From contig OY969706.1 of NCBI GenBank assembly GCA_963702095.1, forward strand, positions 1,920,001 to 1,984,000: a DNA stretch of 64,000 bases. The letters are read 5' to 3'. How positions within the stretch are numbered: position 1 is the first letter of the stretch; every line of letters starts with the position of its first letter. The position numbers and the translations under genes are program-made. The stretch comes from Candidatus Bathyarchaeota archaeon (GTDB lineage Archaea; Thermoproteota; Bathyarchaeia; Bathyarchaeales; Bathycorpusculaceae). A model generated the notes under the pieces. It was not told where the DNA came from and ran no database searches. It worked only from the letters and a program-made list of their open reading frames with translations. This document shows positions 38,314-47,497 of this stretch, one piece after another.

Positions 38314-39148
38314 GTGCATATCCATAAGCGCTATGGCAAAGAAGTCACCGTCAAATACCACCCCAAAGCCAAAGCTGCTCGATGTTCGCTGACACGGCAA
38401 ATGGCTATCTTTGAGGGCACTTCAGCCGACTACAAGGCGCTCTGCGAATTCCACTACCGAGCACACCGAACACCACCCACACGCAAAATCTTCACCATAA
38501 AACGCAAAAACGAGCTCTGCGGAGTCATCGTGTATTGTTATCCGCCGCCGATGCGTTTCGGACGCAGACAAGTCTGGAAAGGCAGCATCAAAGAACTGCA
38601 GAAGGAAGTCAGCGTAATCAGCCGCATAGTCATCCACCCAAAATACCGCAGCATTGGCTTAGGCGAAAAACTGGTGCACGACACCCTCCTTTTTGCTGGA
38701 ACCCCCTGCGTCGAGGCAGTTGCGGTGATGGCAAAGTACAACCCCTTCTTTGAGAAGGCGGGAATTCAAAAGATCACACAGAGCAAACCCAGCAAACACG
38801 TCACCAACGCGTTGGAGCAGCTTGCGGCTTTAGGTTTTGATATTTCACTTCTGGCTTGTAGCGGCGCTCATCGAGCAGAAGCTGCTGGAAACCGGTGTTG
38901 ATCCAGTCAAAAACCTCCTCAACGAACTTTCAACGCACGACGGCAGCGTTCGCCGCAGACTCTGCAGCACCGAGAACCCTTTTCCAAGGCACGAAGAGTT
39001 TCTCCAAAAGATTGTGGGTTGGGACGCTGGGGATTTGGCGTTGGCACTTAAGCGGCTTAGTTTTTGTGCCCAGAGCAAGTTTTACTTGTTTTGGGATTCC
39101 AAACTTAAAATAAACGTTCAATGCAGAAAAGAGAAGAGAGGAGATTAG
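38314..39148 (+). pseudogene. Fragment of an ABC-ATPase/GNAT fusion (GNAT half), frameshift near 38862
   Basis: Begins mid-domain (HIHKRYGKEV); FHYR, GVIVY.YPP, ISRIVIHPKYRSIGLG acetyl-CoA motif, MAKYNPFFEKAG; continues in ORF 38837-39148. Confidence 0.7.
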
Positions 39149-39270
39149 TTTTGGTCTACCAGATGTGCGGTGCCGTCGGGGCAGTAGACTTTTTCGTCTT
39201 TGCCTACTTTGCGGTATCTTTCACTGCACATGTGGAGCATTTCACATCCGTCGCAGTCTCGGCTTAGCAT
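39145..39270 (-). CDS. Small Cys/His protein (41 aa)
   Basis: Manual translation MLSRDCDGCEMLHMCSERYRKVGKDEKVYCPDGTAHLVDQN; AGGAGG RBS upstream. Confidence 0.65.
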   Translation of the reverse strand: MLSRDCDGCEMLHMCSERYRKVGKDEKVYCPDGTAHLVDQN

Positions 39271-39708
39271 GGATTTTTTTCGCCTCCTGTTGGGGGTAGC
39301 TCCATCTGCATTTTGTGCTTATAAGCATATGTAATATGGATGTATAGCTCTGGGAGTAGCGGCGAGCAGGGAGAGGCTGTTTTGGATTGCATCCGCTTGT
39401 ATCGCAGACCAGGACTCTACGGGTTGCCCCGTGATTTTAGCGCGTGCCGAACGCGGGAACGGACATACCCCATGAATATGAAGGGCAAGGCGCAGAGATC
39501 TGCTGCTAACACGAGGGTTGCAGTATCCAACATGCCGTCATCCATCTGTCTTCGGTTTTGCTCTGTTAACAGTATATTCCGACGGCTGATATAAAGGGTG
39601 TTGAGAACTGTTCATAACAATTAAGAAAAACCAAACATACGGTCACACCAATTACATATTGCTAATCATACATGCAGAAAAACCCATAGCACCACAGACG
39701 AACGCAAC

Positions 39709-40272
39709 CTAAACCAGATTATCCACACGCACAATTGGCTTGCCCATCACATTGCGCACAGTGTCGACAACCATATAGGGAGAACGCACATACACCATCC
39801 GAGTATGTCTCTCACCCTGAGAGTTCACGGTTAAATCCCCATAACCGAAAACACGACCGCCCAACCCCTGATACAGCATTAAATCACCAAAACCCGAAGG
39901 CGTAACCATAAAAGAATGCAAGCGCACGATGCCACGGCGGACTTCTAATCCGTCTTGGCGTAGGATGTAACTGTTGGCATAGTAGAAAAGCAGCAGCTGC
40001 AGCATACTGATTAGCCATACAAACGTAAACACCAAAAGCGTCCACAAGTACAGAGGAACCCCCAAAAGCAGCACTATCGCTATGCCGCCGTACATTTCAA
40101 GAAACATTACGAACAAAGTGAACAAAACTATCAGTACGGTGCGCACGATCGCTGAGGGTATAACCCAAGGTTTAGCCATCCAAACCACGACACCGCGGTA
40201 AGGCGGCTTGCCAGAAAGAGTCAACGAAAAACACTGTCCACAATATAAAATGGGGAAGGGCGATTTAAGCAT
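39709..40272 (-). CDS. Membrane protein with bacterial PH (bPH_2) domain
   Basis: Two TMs followed by Y.L....L.VRRG...Q.L.GRVFGYGDL.V.S. Confidence 0.75.
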   Translation of the reverse strand: MLKSPFPILYCGQCFSLTLSGKPPYRGVVVWMAKPWVIPSAIVRTVLIVLFTLFVMFLEMYGGIAIVLLLGVPLYLWTLLVFTFVWLISMLQLLLFYYANSYILRQDGLEVRRGIVRLHSFMVTPSGFGDLMLYQGLGGRVFGYGDLTVNSQGERHTRMVYVRSPYMVVDTVRNVMGKPIVRVDNLV

Positions 40273-40284
40273 TCAAGATAGAAG

Positions 40285-40605
40285 CTACATGACCGGTCGA
40301 TGCAACACTACACGCTCGACGGAACGCAGCAGCTGATAACCGAATAAGATTGCCACAAAGTAGGTGGGCCAAAGAATCACCGGCCAGTTCCCCGGGGTGT
40401 AGTTCCACAGACCGGTGGAGACAGCGAAAAACTCCATCATCGCCAAAGAAACCATGCCTCCGCAAGCCAACAGTAACTGCTCTTTAATTTCATGGACAGA
40501 ATCATGCTTTCTGCGGACGAGCATTAAAAGTGCCCAAGCGCCTAAGAAGGCGAATAAAAGCGCATACCAACTTGAGTTAAAATCAAAAAAGACATTCATT
40601 TTCAT
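40285..40605 (-). CDS. Small membrane protein
   Basis: Three TMs, E.FAVSTGLWNY motif. Confidence 0.65.
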   Translation of the reverse strand: MKMNVFFDFNSSWYALLFAFLGAWALLMLVRRKHDSVHEIKEQLLLACGGMVSLAMMEFFAVSTGLWNYTPGNWPVILWPTYFVAILFGYQLLRSVERVVLHRPVM

Positions 40606-40613
40606 TTACCTAA

Positions 40614-41282
40614 CTAATGTTTTATTGTTTTTCTTCCTTTACGTGGGTGAGGGTAAACAGGTTTGTGGTTTGACCAGCATTTCTGGCAGAAAACCGGTTT
40701 GTCTGCTTTAGGCTGAAAAGGCACATCGCATTCAGAGCCGCATTCACTGCAAACCGCCTTATAAGTTGGGGATGTATGGAACGGCTTGAAAAGCTGATAC
40801 TTCTTTAGTTTTGGCCAACCGGTTTTTGCGTAGCGGATCATTTCAGGGTTATTTTTGAGCCACCGCATCATGTGGAAAAAGTTTTTGCCTCGCTTCTCAT
40901 CCCGCTCAGCTAGGGGTTCGTAGCCTAGGTTGCGGATTTCGTCGAGGTAAGCGATTTCTACGAGACGTTGGGTTTCACCTTCGACGTGGATGCGTTTAAC
41001 TCGGTCTTCGCCGTAGACTTTTTGGAGTTCTTCGGCGGCGACGTCGAAGATGCAGCCTTGGCAGATGTGGATGGGCTCGTCTGCTTTGAGGTCAAATTTG
41101 GAAACAAGGCTTGATACAACACGTGAAGATTCTTGGAGGTATTCTTTTTCTCGGAAGATGTCTTGGTAGAATCTGACATCGATTAACTCGTATTTGAATT
41201 CGCCTGTTTCTTCATGGTAAGCGCCGACTACAACGCCGAAAAGCAAGTCGCCGCTTCCTGCGTCGTCAACGATAAGTGTCAA
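40614..41282 (-). CDS. RNase HII-like fold protein with C-terminal CxxC-x17-CxxC zinc ribbon
   Basis: LIVDDAGSGDLLFGVVVG resembles the DEAGRG motif; AVCSECG.EC.VPFQP..DKPVFCQKC; probable TTG start at 41282. Confidence 0.65.
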   Translation of the reverse strand: MTLIVDDAGSGDLLFGVVVGAYHEETGEFKYELIDVRFYQDIFREKEYLQESSRVVSSLVSKFDLKADEPIHICQGCIFDVAAEELQKVYGEDRVKRIHVEGETQRLVEIAYLDEIRNLGYEPLAERDEKRGKNFFHMMRWLKNNPEMIRYAKTGWPKLKKYQLFKPFHTSPTYKAVCSECGSECDVPFQPKADKPVFCQKCWSNHKPVYPHPRKGRKTIKH

Positions 41283-41348
41283 TTGTGCTGTTTCACTCTC
41301 TCTTCTCAACTCAAATTGTCGGGGTAATATAAAAACCCGTCTTACCCA

Positions 41349-41450
41349 GGTTCTGTTAACTTCATGGGCGATGATTCTCTGTGTTAAGAATCGGGTGATA
41401 AATCCTCTCTTTTTTGTGGGCTGGATTTGGGCTGTTAATTTTCGGGTGAT
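41349..41450 (+). repeat. Left end: TIR plus iterated TGTTAA-N3-TCGGGTGAT motifs
   Basis: Motifs at 41354-41372, 41382-41399 and 41433-41450. Confidence 0.9.
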
Positions 41451-41663
41451 GACCGAACCGAGCATTTGAGTTCTGAAGTATCGGGTTGGGCTTCTGATTT
41501 CTGGGGCATCGGGCTAACATTGAGAGTTCTGAACGGGGCTGGCTGTTACTTGAATCGGCTAAATATAACAGCTAAAAACTAAATACCGATTGCACTCGCT
41601 AAATTGCAAAAAAAGTTACAATTAGCCTTAAATACTAACAATATCAGATAACCAACATCAGAA

Positions 41664-41936
41664 GTGTTTAGTATGGAGATAAAACTATTCGAGTTATTTA
41701 GAACCGACACTTTGCGCCATCGCGAAACAGCTAGAATAGTCGTTAATCTCTTAGAAGAAAAAAAAGAAACGCAAAATGTAATAGATTTTGACCAGATTGT
41801 ATTTGCCTCTCGTTCTTTTCTTCACGAATTATTGTGCGATATCGGCAATAAAAAAGTAGTCTTCCATAACACAAACGAGGAGATTAGACAAATGATGGAA
41901 ATAGCGAAAAAGGGAGTACATCCCTTACTAGCCTAA
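41664..41936 (+). CDS. STAS-like (DUF4325) protein
   Basis: R.TA..., IDFDQIVFASRSFLHEL, N.NEEIRQM. Confidence 0.75.
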   Translation: MFSMEIKLFELFRTDTLRHRETARIVVNLLEEKKETQNVIDFDQIVFASRSFLHELLCDIGNKKVVFHNTNEEIRQMMEIAKKGVHPLLA

Positions 41937-42751
41937 CTAACGAATTTATAAATTTCAATATCCTTGGGCGTAAAGTTTAGGGCAACTAAGGAACCATCCC
42001 ATCCAGATTTTAGCTTCAATATCTTCGTTTCATCAGCTTTATGATAAACTAACGCCTTTCCAGACATTATTATCATTTTACCGCCAAACCCATTTACGCA
42101 TAGTTTAGAAATACTTTGTATACCGTTGCCTCTGCCTTTCCAGTCTTTTTTAGAAGACTTGCCCTTAAAGGCATTAATTATTGCCTCATCATCTGTTTTT
42201 GCTTCGTATTCCGTGCCCTTATATGATTTTTTATAACCAATCCCGCAATCGGCAATAACAATCTCGCAAGTTTTTACTTTTGGTTTTTTATAATATTGAG
42301 CAAGAAGCCAATAATTATCAATATGAGCATGTTCATTTACGTTGTTGATTATTTCACTCGTAAAATACTTTAGCGCTGTTTTTTCTACGTTCATTTCCTT
42401 GATAATCCTATTTTCATACTCGCTGAGCATTTCACTGTCGGCTTCTTTGGCAACCATTTTAGTTATTGGTAAGTATTTTTTTGCTTTAGAAAAATCAGCA
42501 ACACCCTCTTGGAACCCAATAGTCTCAAGATAACGGCAAACATCTTCATCTTCTTCCAAACAATTGATTGTTAACTCATTATTGTTGGCATAGACAGCTA
42601 AGGGTAAAATTGAAAGAGGCGTAACAAACTTAACCTGTATTAAGTCAATTGACTTTTTACCACTGTTTATTGCTTTTTCCATTTCTGCAATATTTTTTAT
42701 TAGCTCATCGATTCGTTCTGATATCCCAAAAGGGTTAGCTATTACCTGCAT
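41933..42751 (-). CDS. STAS + GHKL (HATPase) anti-sigma-kinase-like protein
   Basis: IDL..VKFVTP, YLETIGF, SEIINNVNEHA (N box), IADCGIG (G1), GRGNGI (G2). Confidence 0.8.
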   Translation of the reverse strand: MQVIANPFGISERIDELIKNIAEMEKAINSGKKSIDLIQVKFVTPLSILPLAVYANNNELTINCLEEDEDVCRYLETIGFQEGVADFSKAKKYLPITKMVAKEADSEMLSEYENRIIKEMNVEKTALKYFTSEIINNVNEHAHIDNYWLLAQYYKKPKVKTCEIVIADCGIGYKKSYKGTEYEAKTDDEAIINAFKGKSSKKDWKGRGNGIQSISKLCVNGFGGKMIIMSGKALVYHKADETKILKLKSGWDGSLVALNFTPKDIEIYKFVS

Positions 42752-42816
42752 TTAGCCATACCTCGGTAGCCCTCAATGAGGGGAAAGTTGTATTTAAAAT
42801 TGTGTATCTAATGGCG

Positions 42817-43947
42817 CTAAGTATCAATTACCTGCTTGCTTGCGTTTTCTATGATAGTTCGCCATTTATCCTGTCCCTGAATCATAATGCCGCAAGCCTC
42901 GGCGGGTGTTTTGCCGTTTAAAGCCTCATGGGGTCTAACGTAATTGTGGTAAAGTTGATAGCCCTTAAGAATCTGAGTATCGGTCTTCTTTAATCCCCGC
43001 ATGACCTTTTCTCTATCTCGGATTTCTCCGTTCATGCGCTCCATTTTGTTGTTGTGAATATCCCCTCTAAGTTTGATGTGTTTAACATGCTCTGTTCTTG
43101 GTCCTTTTAGTGTCCAGAACTCTTTTTTGTAAGCATCATGATAAGACGCTAACCCATCAGTGACAAACACTGTGGGTTTTTTGCCCATAAGTTCCTTAGA
43201 CATTCTAAGTAGGTTGCGTGCATCATGCTTGTATTTTGTATCTGCGACTTCTTGGGCTATCCAGAAGCGGGTTTCATCGTCCATCATAGCAAACAAGTAT
43301 TTCATATCGCCGTTAATTTTTACCCAAACCTCATCAGCCCGCCACTTATCACCCACATTCGGCTTTATCTTTTCAAGATATTGGGTCATAAGTGTGGTGT
43401 ACTTGTTTATCCATTTTAGGATTGAGACATGGCTGATTATTACGCCTTGGAGTTTTAGGAATTTCTGGACATTGCGTAGGCTTTCTCCTGTGAAGTAGAG
43501 TTGCATGGCAGAGGTAATAACTTGTGGGCTTGCCTTCATCCCGTTAAAACCGACATTGACGCTAAAGCGTTTACCACATGCCTTGCAGAGGTAACGTTGT
43601 AGGTCATACTTTTTGTTGTGACGTATGGCATCCTTAACGATATTTTCTGAACCACAAAAAACACAGCTAGCCATATTTAGGGGTTGGATAACAATATTGC
43701 GTTTGACCTGTTCCTTCATTTTAAGGCTGACTTCAACGGCAACCATGTGTTTGCATTTTACATGACGGAATTGATGGTCTGGGCATTCACAGTTCCATTT
43801 ACCATCTACCATAAAAACCGCATATTCACCGTTTCCGCTTTGAGATTTCACGGTGTAAAAGTTCTCTTCTATACAATTTACTTGACTCTCTTTTGCTTGG
43901 GCGATTTCTAAGCCCCGACTTTCTCTTAAACTGCTAATAGCGTTCAA
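42817..43947 (-). CDS. IS6-family-like DDE transposase with N-terminal SWIM finger and zinc ribbon
   Basis: CECPD...CKH (SWIM), CVFCGS...QRYLCKACGKRF, HTH SLRNV, WRADE/YLFAMMD/VTDG/NNKMER catalytic motifs; intact 376 aa. Confidence 0.92.
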   Translation of the reverse strand: MNAISSLRESRGLEIAQAKESQVNCIEENFYTVKSQSGNGEYAVFMVDGKWNCECPDHQFRHVKCKHMVAVEVSLKMKEQVKRNIVIQPLNMASCVFCGSENIVKDAIRHNKKYDLQRYLCKACGKRFSVNVGFNGMKASPQVITSAMQLYFTGESLRNVQKFLKLQGVIISHVSILKWINKYTTLMTQYLEKIKPNVGDKWRADEVWVKINGDMKYLFAMMDDETRFWIAQEVADTKYKHDARNLLRMSKELMGKKPTVFVTDGLASYHDAYKKEFWTLKGPRTEHVKHIKLRGDIHNNKMERMNGEIRDREKVMRGLKKTDTQILKGYQLYHNYVRPHEALNGKTPAEACGIMIQGQDKWRTIIENASKQVIDT

Positions 43948-43982
43948 CCGCTAACACCTTGCAGTATATTACTAATAGGTAT

Positions 43983-44055
43983 AGCATATATATGCTTTAC
44001 GCTATTATACAAGCGCTATAATAGCAATCGTTATATACAATTGCTATTATACAAG
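43983..44055. promoter_or_regulatory. Operator-like repeat array in the divergent transposase/cargo promoter
   Basis: GCTATTATACAAG at 44001 and 44043, inverted TATAATAGC at 44017, palindrome AGCATATATATGCT at 43983. Confidence 0.55.
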
Positions 44056-44068
44056 TAACCGATGCCTT

Positions 44069-44239
44069 ATGGGCAAAGTACAGATTGAAGCATGGAAATG
44101 TGAGAGATGCGCACATGTATGGTTGCCGAGAAACACCTTTCAAGAGCCAAAAGTTTGTCCAAAATGTAAAAGCCCTTACTGGAATGTACCAAAGCGCAAT
44201 CAAAACATCTCAAAAGAGAAAAAAGGGATTGAAAAATAA
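44069..44239 (+). CDS. Zinc-ribbon microprotein (56 aa), coupled to the R-M gene
   Basis: MGKVQIEAWKCERCAHVWLPRNTFQEPKVCPKCKSPYWNVPK...; TAATG stop/start overlap at 44237-44241. Confidence 0.8.
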   Translation: MGKVQIEAWKCERCAHVWLPRNTFQEPKVCPKCKSPYWNVPKRNQNISKEKKGIEK

Positions 44240-46807
44240 TGTCAGAAAGTCTTTCTCAAGGATTACCTTTTTTGGAACTTAATCAGCAAGGCTTAAAACT
44301 TTACAAAGCAAACGATATACCCTTTACTAATCTCAAAGAAGCAGGATTTAATTGCCAAAAAAGCGCTAAAAAGCCTGACCAGTTTGTAGCGCAAGGCAAA
44401 AATATCTTAATTGGAATTGAGGATAAGGCATCATCAAGCGAAATTGATATTGCATCCAACCAATTAAAAACAAATTATTTAGATGCTCTTCCAGATACAA
44501 AATACTTCATAGCGAGAGCTGGTGAAAGAACTAAAGTATACTATCGAATTGCCTCTAACAAAATTATTGAAATCGGCACAACATCAAAAGGTAAGGAAGT
44601 TATTTGTTTCGCTGCAAAAATAATAACAGGTGAAAACAAAGAAATCCAAAAAAACCTACTTTATTTACCGAGCAAGTTCTTGCTGGGAAAGAGCCTATTA
44701 ACGGTTCAATCGAAATTCAACCCCCAAAAGAGTATTACAACCCTCTAATCGTCAAACAAAATACCATCTATAACCTATGGCAAAAAATATTCGTTTGCAC
44801 AGGCGAGAATGCACATAAATGCCTAGAAACCTTTGTAGAACTCCTATTATTCAAGGGAATATCAGATGCAAAGCTATTACCAAAAGATTTTTCGATAGAA
44901 ACTTTAGCAGACCCTAGTAAAAGCAACTCTCTTGAAACATACAAAAACACAGTTAGAAATTACATAAAAACCAACATATTCCCCACGATATCCAATCAAC
45001 CAGGTGTCATCAATGGTTTCGCATTTCAGGATGAAGAAACAGTTTTTAAGACTGTACTAAAGGACTTAATAGGTCTGGGAAATATAGCTCAGAAACAAAT
45101 CGACCCTGATTTTAAACGCAGAATAATTGAAGCTTTCTTAGGCTCAGCACATAGAGAAGGAACCATAAAAAATGGAAAACATCTAACACCAAGAGCAATT
45201 ATTCAAGCAATCTGGGAGATGGCAGACCCTCAAGAAGGAAAGCGTATCTGTGACCCCGCTTGTGGAGTAGGTGGCTTCGTTCTTAGAAGGTCTCAATTAT
45301 CCTTACGAATTTGACCCCATCAAATACAACTGCTTAGGGATAGATAGGGACGAACAAATGATAATCACGTCGAAAGCTAACATGATACTTCACATACTCG
45401 ACAAATTTCTTGATACAAGCATTGGAAAAAATGCTTTATCTGCAAAGATTAACTCGACATTCTATCAAGCTAAAAATAACGGAACAGGAACTCTGGGCGA
45501 ACTTGTAGAAGTTGCAGACAAAACGGCACAATTCCAACCTAAGCATCAAGCAGACTATGTTTTTTCCAATGTCCCCTTTTACATAAACGGAGTCACGCAA
45601 ATCGATGATAGCCTACGAGATTTAGGGTTCGCAAGTTTCTATAATGGGTGTGGTTTAGGAGTCGAAAGCCGATTTATTAAATATGTTTTGGGTCAGATAA
45701 AGAATGGCGACCCTGGACTTAGCTTTTGTAATTGTAACTGACGGCATATTATATCGGCACAAAGATAAGGCAAGAGAAACAATAAAGGAAAATGCGGATG
45801 TACTCGGTATAATCTCATTACCAGAAGGCGTTTTTCAAAACAACAACTGGAAAACCTCAATTCTAATCCTAAAAAAGAAAGGAGTACAACCTGAGTATTC
45901 ACCCGTATTTCTTTATAATGTTGACAACATTGGAATTTCCCTTGATTCTTACAGGACTCCTACTGAAGAAAATGATATACCTAACATGAAGAGAGCATGG
46001 CAACAGCGTTTTTCGGGAAAAACAAATGATGACCCAAAATGTAAATTGGTTCCAAGAGAGGATTTTATTAACGCTGATAAGTGGTCAGACCTGTTTGCAG
46101 ACTGGAGAAAAGCCGATACATCCAATAACATATCAATTTCGGAGTTTATTGAAAATGCAAGCAGTGTAAACGCTGATATCGGAAAAATGCTTAATGACGC
46201 AGATAAAAAACTTGGAGAAATCTTTGCTATGGATAGATACGCCGAGTTACAACTAAGTAACAAAATTTATTTCCAAGTTCAAACTTCGCCATTTAAAACG
46301 ACTGTAAAAACTGCTCGGCTTAACCCTGGAAGATATCCGTTATTCTCTTCTCAAGTTAATGGTCCAATCGAGTTTATGGAAGACAAGAAAACGCCACCTA
46401 TCTTAATTGGTAATGAAACAAATGGAGAAAATAAGAGACTTATCAGTTGGAATATAAAAGGTGACCCTTGTAAAGATATTAGGGTACACGAAGAACCGTT
46501 TTATGCCACCGAAAATAGAGGACTAATATCTGTAGTAAACGACAAGATTGATTTTCACTATTTGCTTTATTACTTGAGAGAGCATTTGGTTACATCAGGG
46601 AAGTTTAAGCGTTCTAATGAAGCCCATGCTGGTAAAGTAAAGAATATCAAGATTAAAGTTCCGATTGATGATAAGGGCAAAATCGATTTGTCGAAACAAA
46701 GAGAAATAGCTAAGAACTATGAAAAAATAGTGGATTTACGCAAGAAAATGACTGAGAGAATAACAGAGATGCAGACACTATTAAGTGAAATCGATATTTT
46801 CAAGTAA
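44239..46807 (+). CDS. Fused restriction-modification protein (PD-ExK nuclease + N6-adenine MTase + TRD; Type IIG/I-like), three frameshifts
   Basis: KPD...IEDK; GKHLTPR and ICDPACGVGGF in an unlisted frame (~44670-45280); SNVPF motif IV; IISLPEGVF; HsdS-like C-terminus; frame breaks near 44668, 45280 and 45720. Confidence 0.8.
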
Positions 46808-46924
46808 CGGTTTCTTGGTTTCAATTTTATTTTCCTATCTATCACTTTAGAGATATGTTAAGCGAAAAATAGGCAAACCTTATTTGCTTTCAGTTTTAAT
46901 AATATTTGATTTGGTGGTGTCATT

Positions 46925-47311
46925 TTGCCTAAATGCCCATCTTGTGGAACTAATACAGAGAGGGTTTTAAAGGAATGGGATTACTCATCATTCCATGTAA
47001 AGAATATGGAGTGCCCTAACTGTCTAAAAACCTTTAAAGTATACTTCAAAGAAGGCAAGCTTAGCCACATAATTGAGACCAACGAGGCAAATGCTAAAAA
47101 AAGAATAAAAGATTTTTTGGAAAAAACTGGGGGGGCAACAACATTAGAGATAGCTGATATTCTGGAACTTGATGTAATGGATGTTATACGGTTGCTTGGT
47201 GACCTTGAAGACGGTTTCGTTATTGAAAGAATCTCTCAACCAAAAGAGAAAGAGCATATGTTCCGTAAAACAAATAATAAACCAATTGAAAGCGCAATTG
47301 TTGATAATTAA
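46925..47311 (+). CDS. Zinc ribbon + winged-helix protein
   Basis: CPSCG...CPNC, then ATTLEIADILELDVMDVIRLLGDLEDGFVI. Confidence 0.75.
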   Translation: MPKCPSCGTNTERVLKEWDYSSFHVKNMECPNCLKTFKVYFKEGKLSHIIETNEANAKKRIKDFLEKTGGATTLEIADILELDVMDVIRLLGDLEDGFVIERISQPKEKEHMFRKTNNKPIESAIVDN

Positions 47312-47322
47312 CCCATCCTATT

Positions 47323-47414
47323 ATCACCCGACTGTTAACATGGACAATTTCCGCACCTAAACAATCACCCGAAACTTAACAAGAAGAAGTATCGCCCACG
47401 AAGTTAACAGAACC
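47323..47414 (-). repeat. Right end: TIR plus iterated motifs
   Basis: Reverse-complement motifs at 47323-47340, 47364-47381 and 47391-47409. Confidence 0.9.
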
Positions 47415-47497
47415 CTTACCCAAACTACATAAAAACAGGGAAAAACAGTACTAGATACATATTTTTGGAATAAGCATTGTAGAGTTACTACTTTTTG

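Larger units (their letters stand above)
41349..47414. mobile_element. 6,066-bp IS6-like cargo transposon with iterated terminal motifs and 8-bp TSD
   Basis: TIRs GGTTCTGTTAACTTCRTGGGCGAT (23/24 identical) at 41349-41372 and 47391-47414; CTTACCCA duplicated at 41341-41348 and 47415-47422; AT-rich interior; one DDE transposase. Confidence 0.92.

Noticed and set aside
41283-41465. N-terminal extension of ORF 40614-41465
   Set aside because: It reads through the promoter, TSD and transposon left end; an artefact of longest-ORF calling
41349-47414. Composite transposon or casposon interpretation
   Set aside because: Only one transposase and one pair of ends; no Cas1 or PolB
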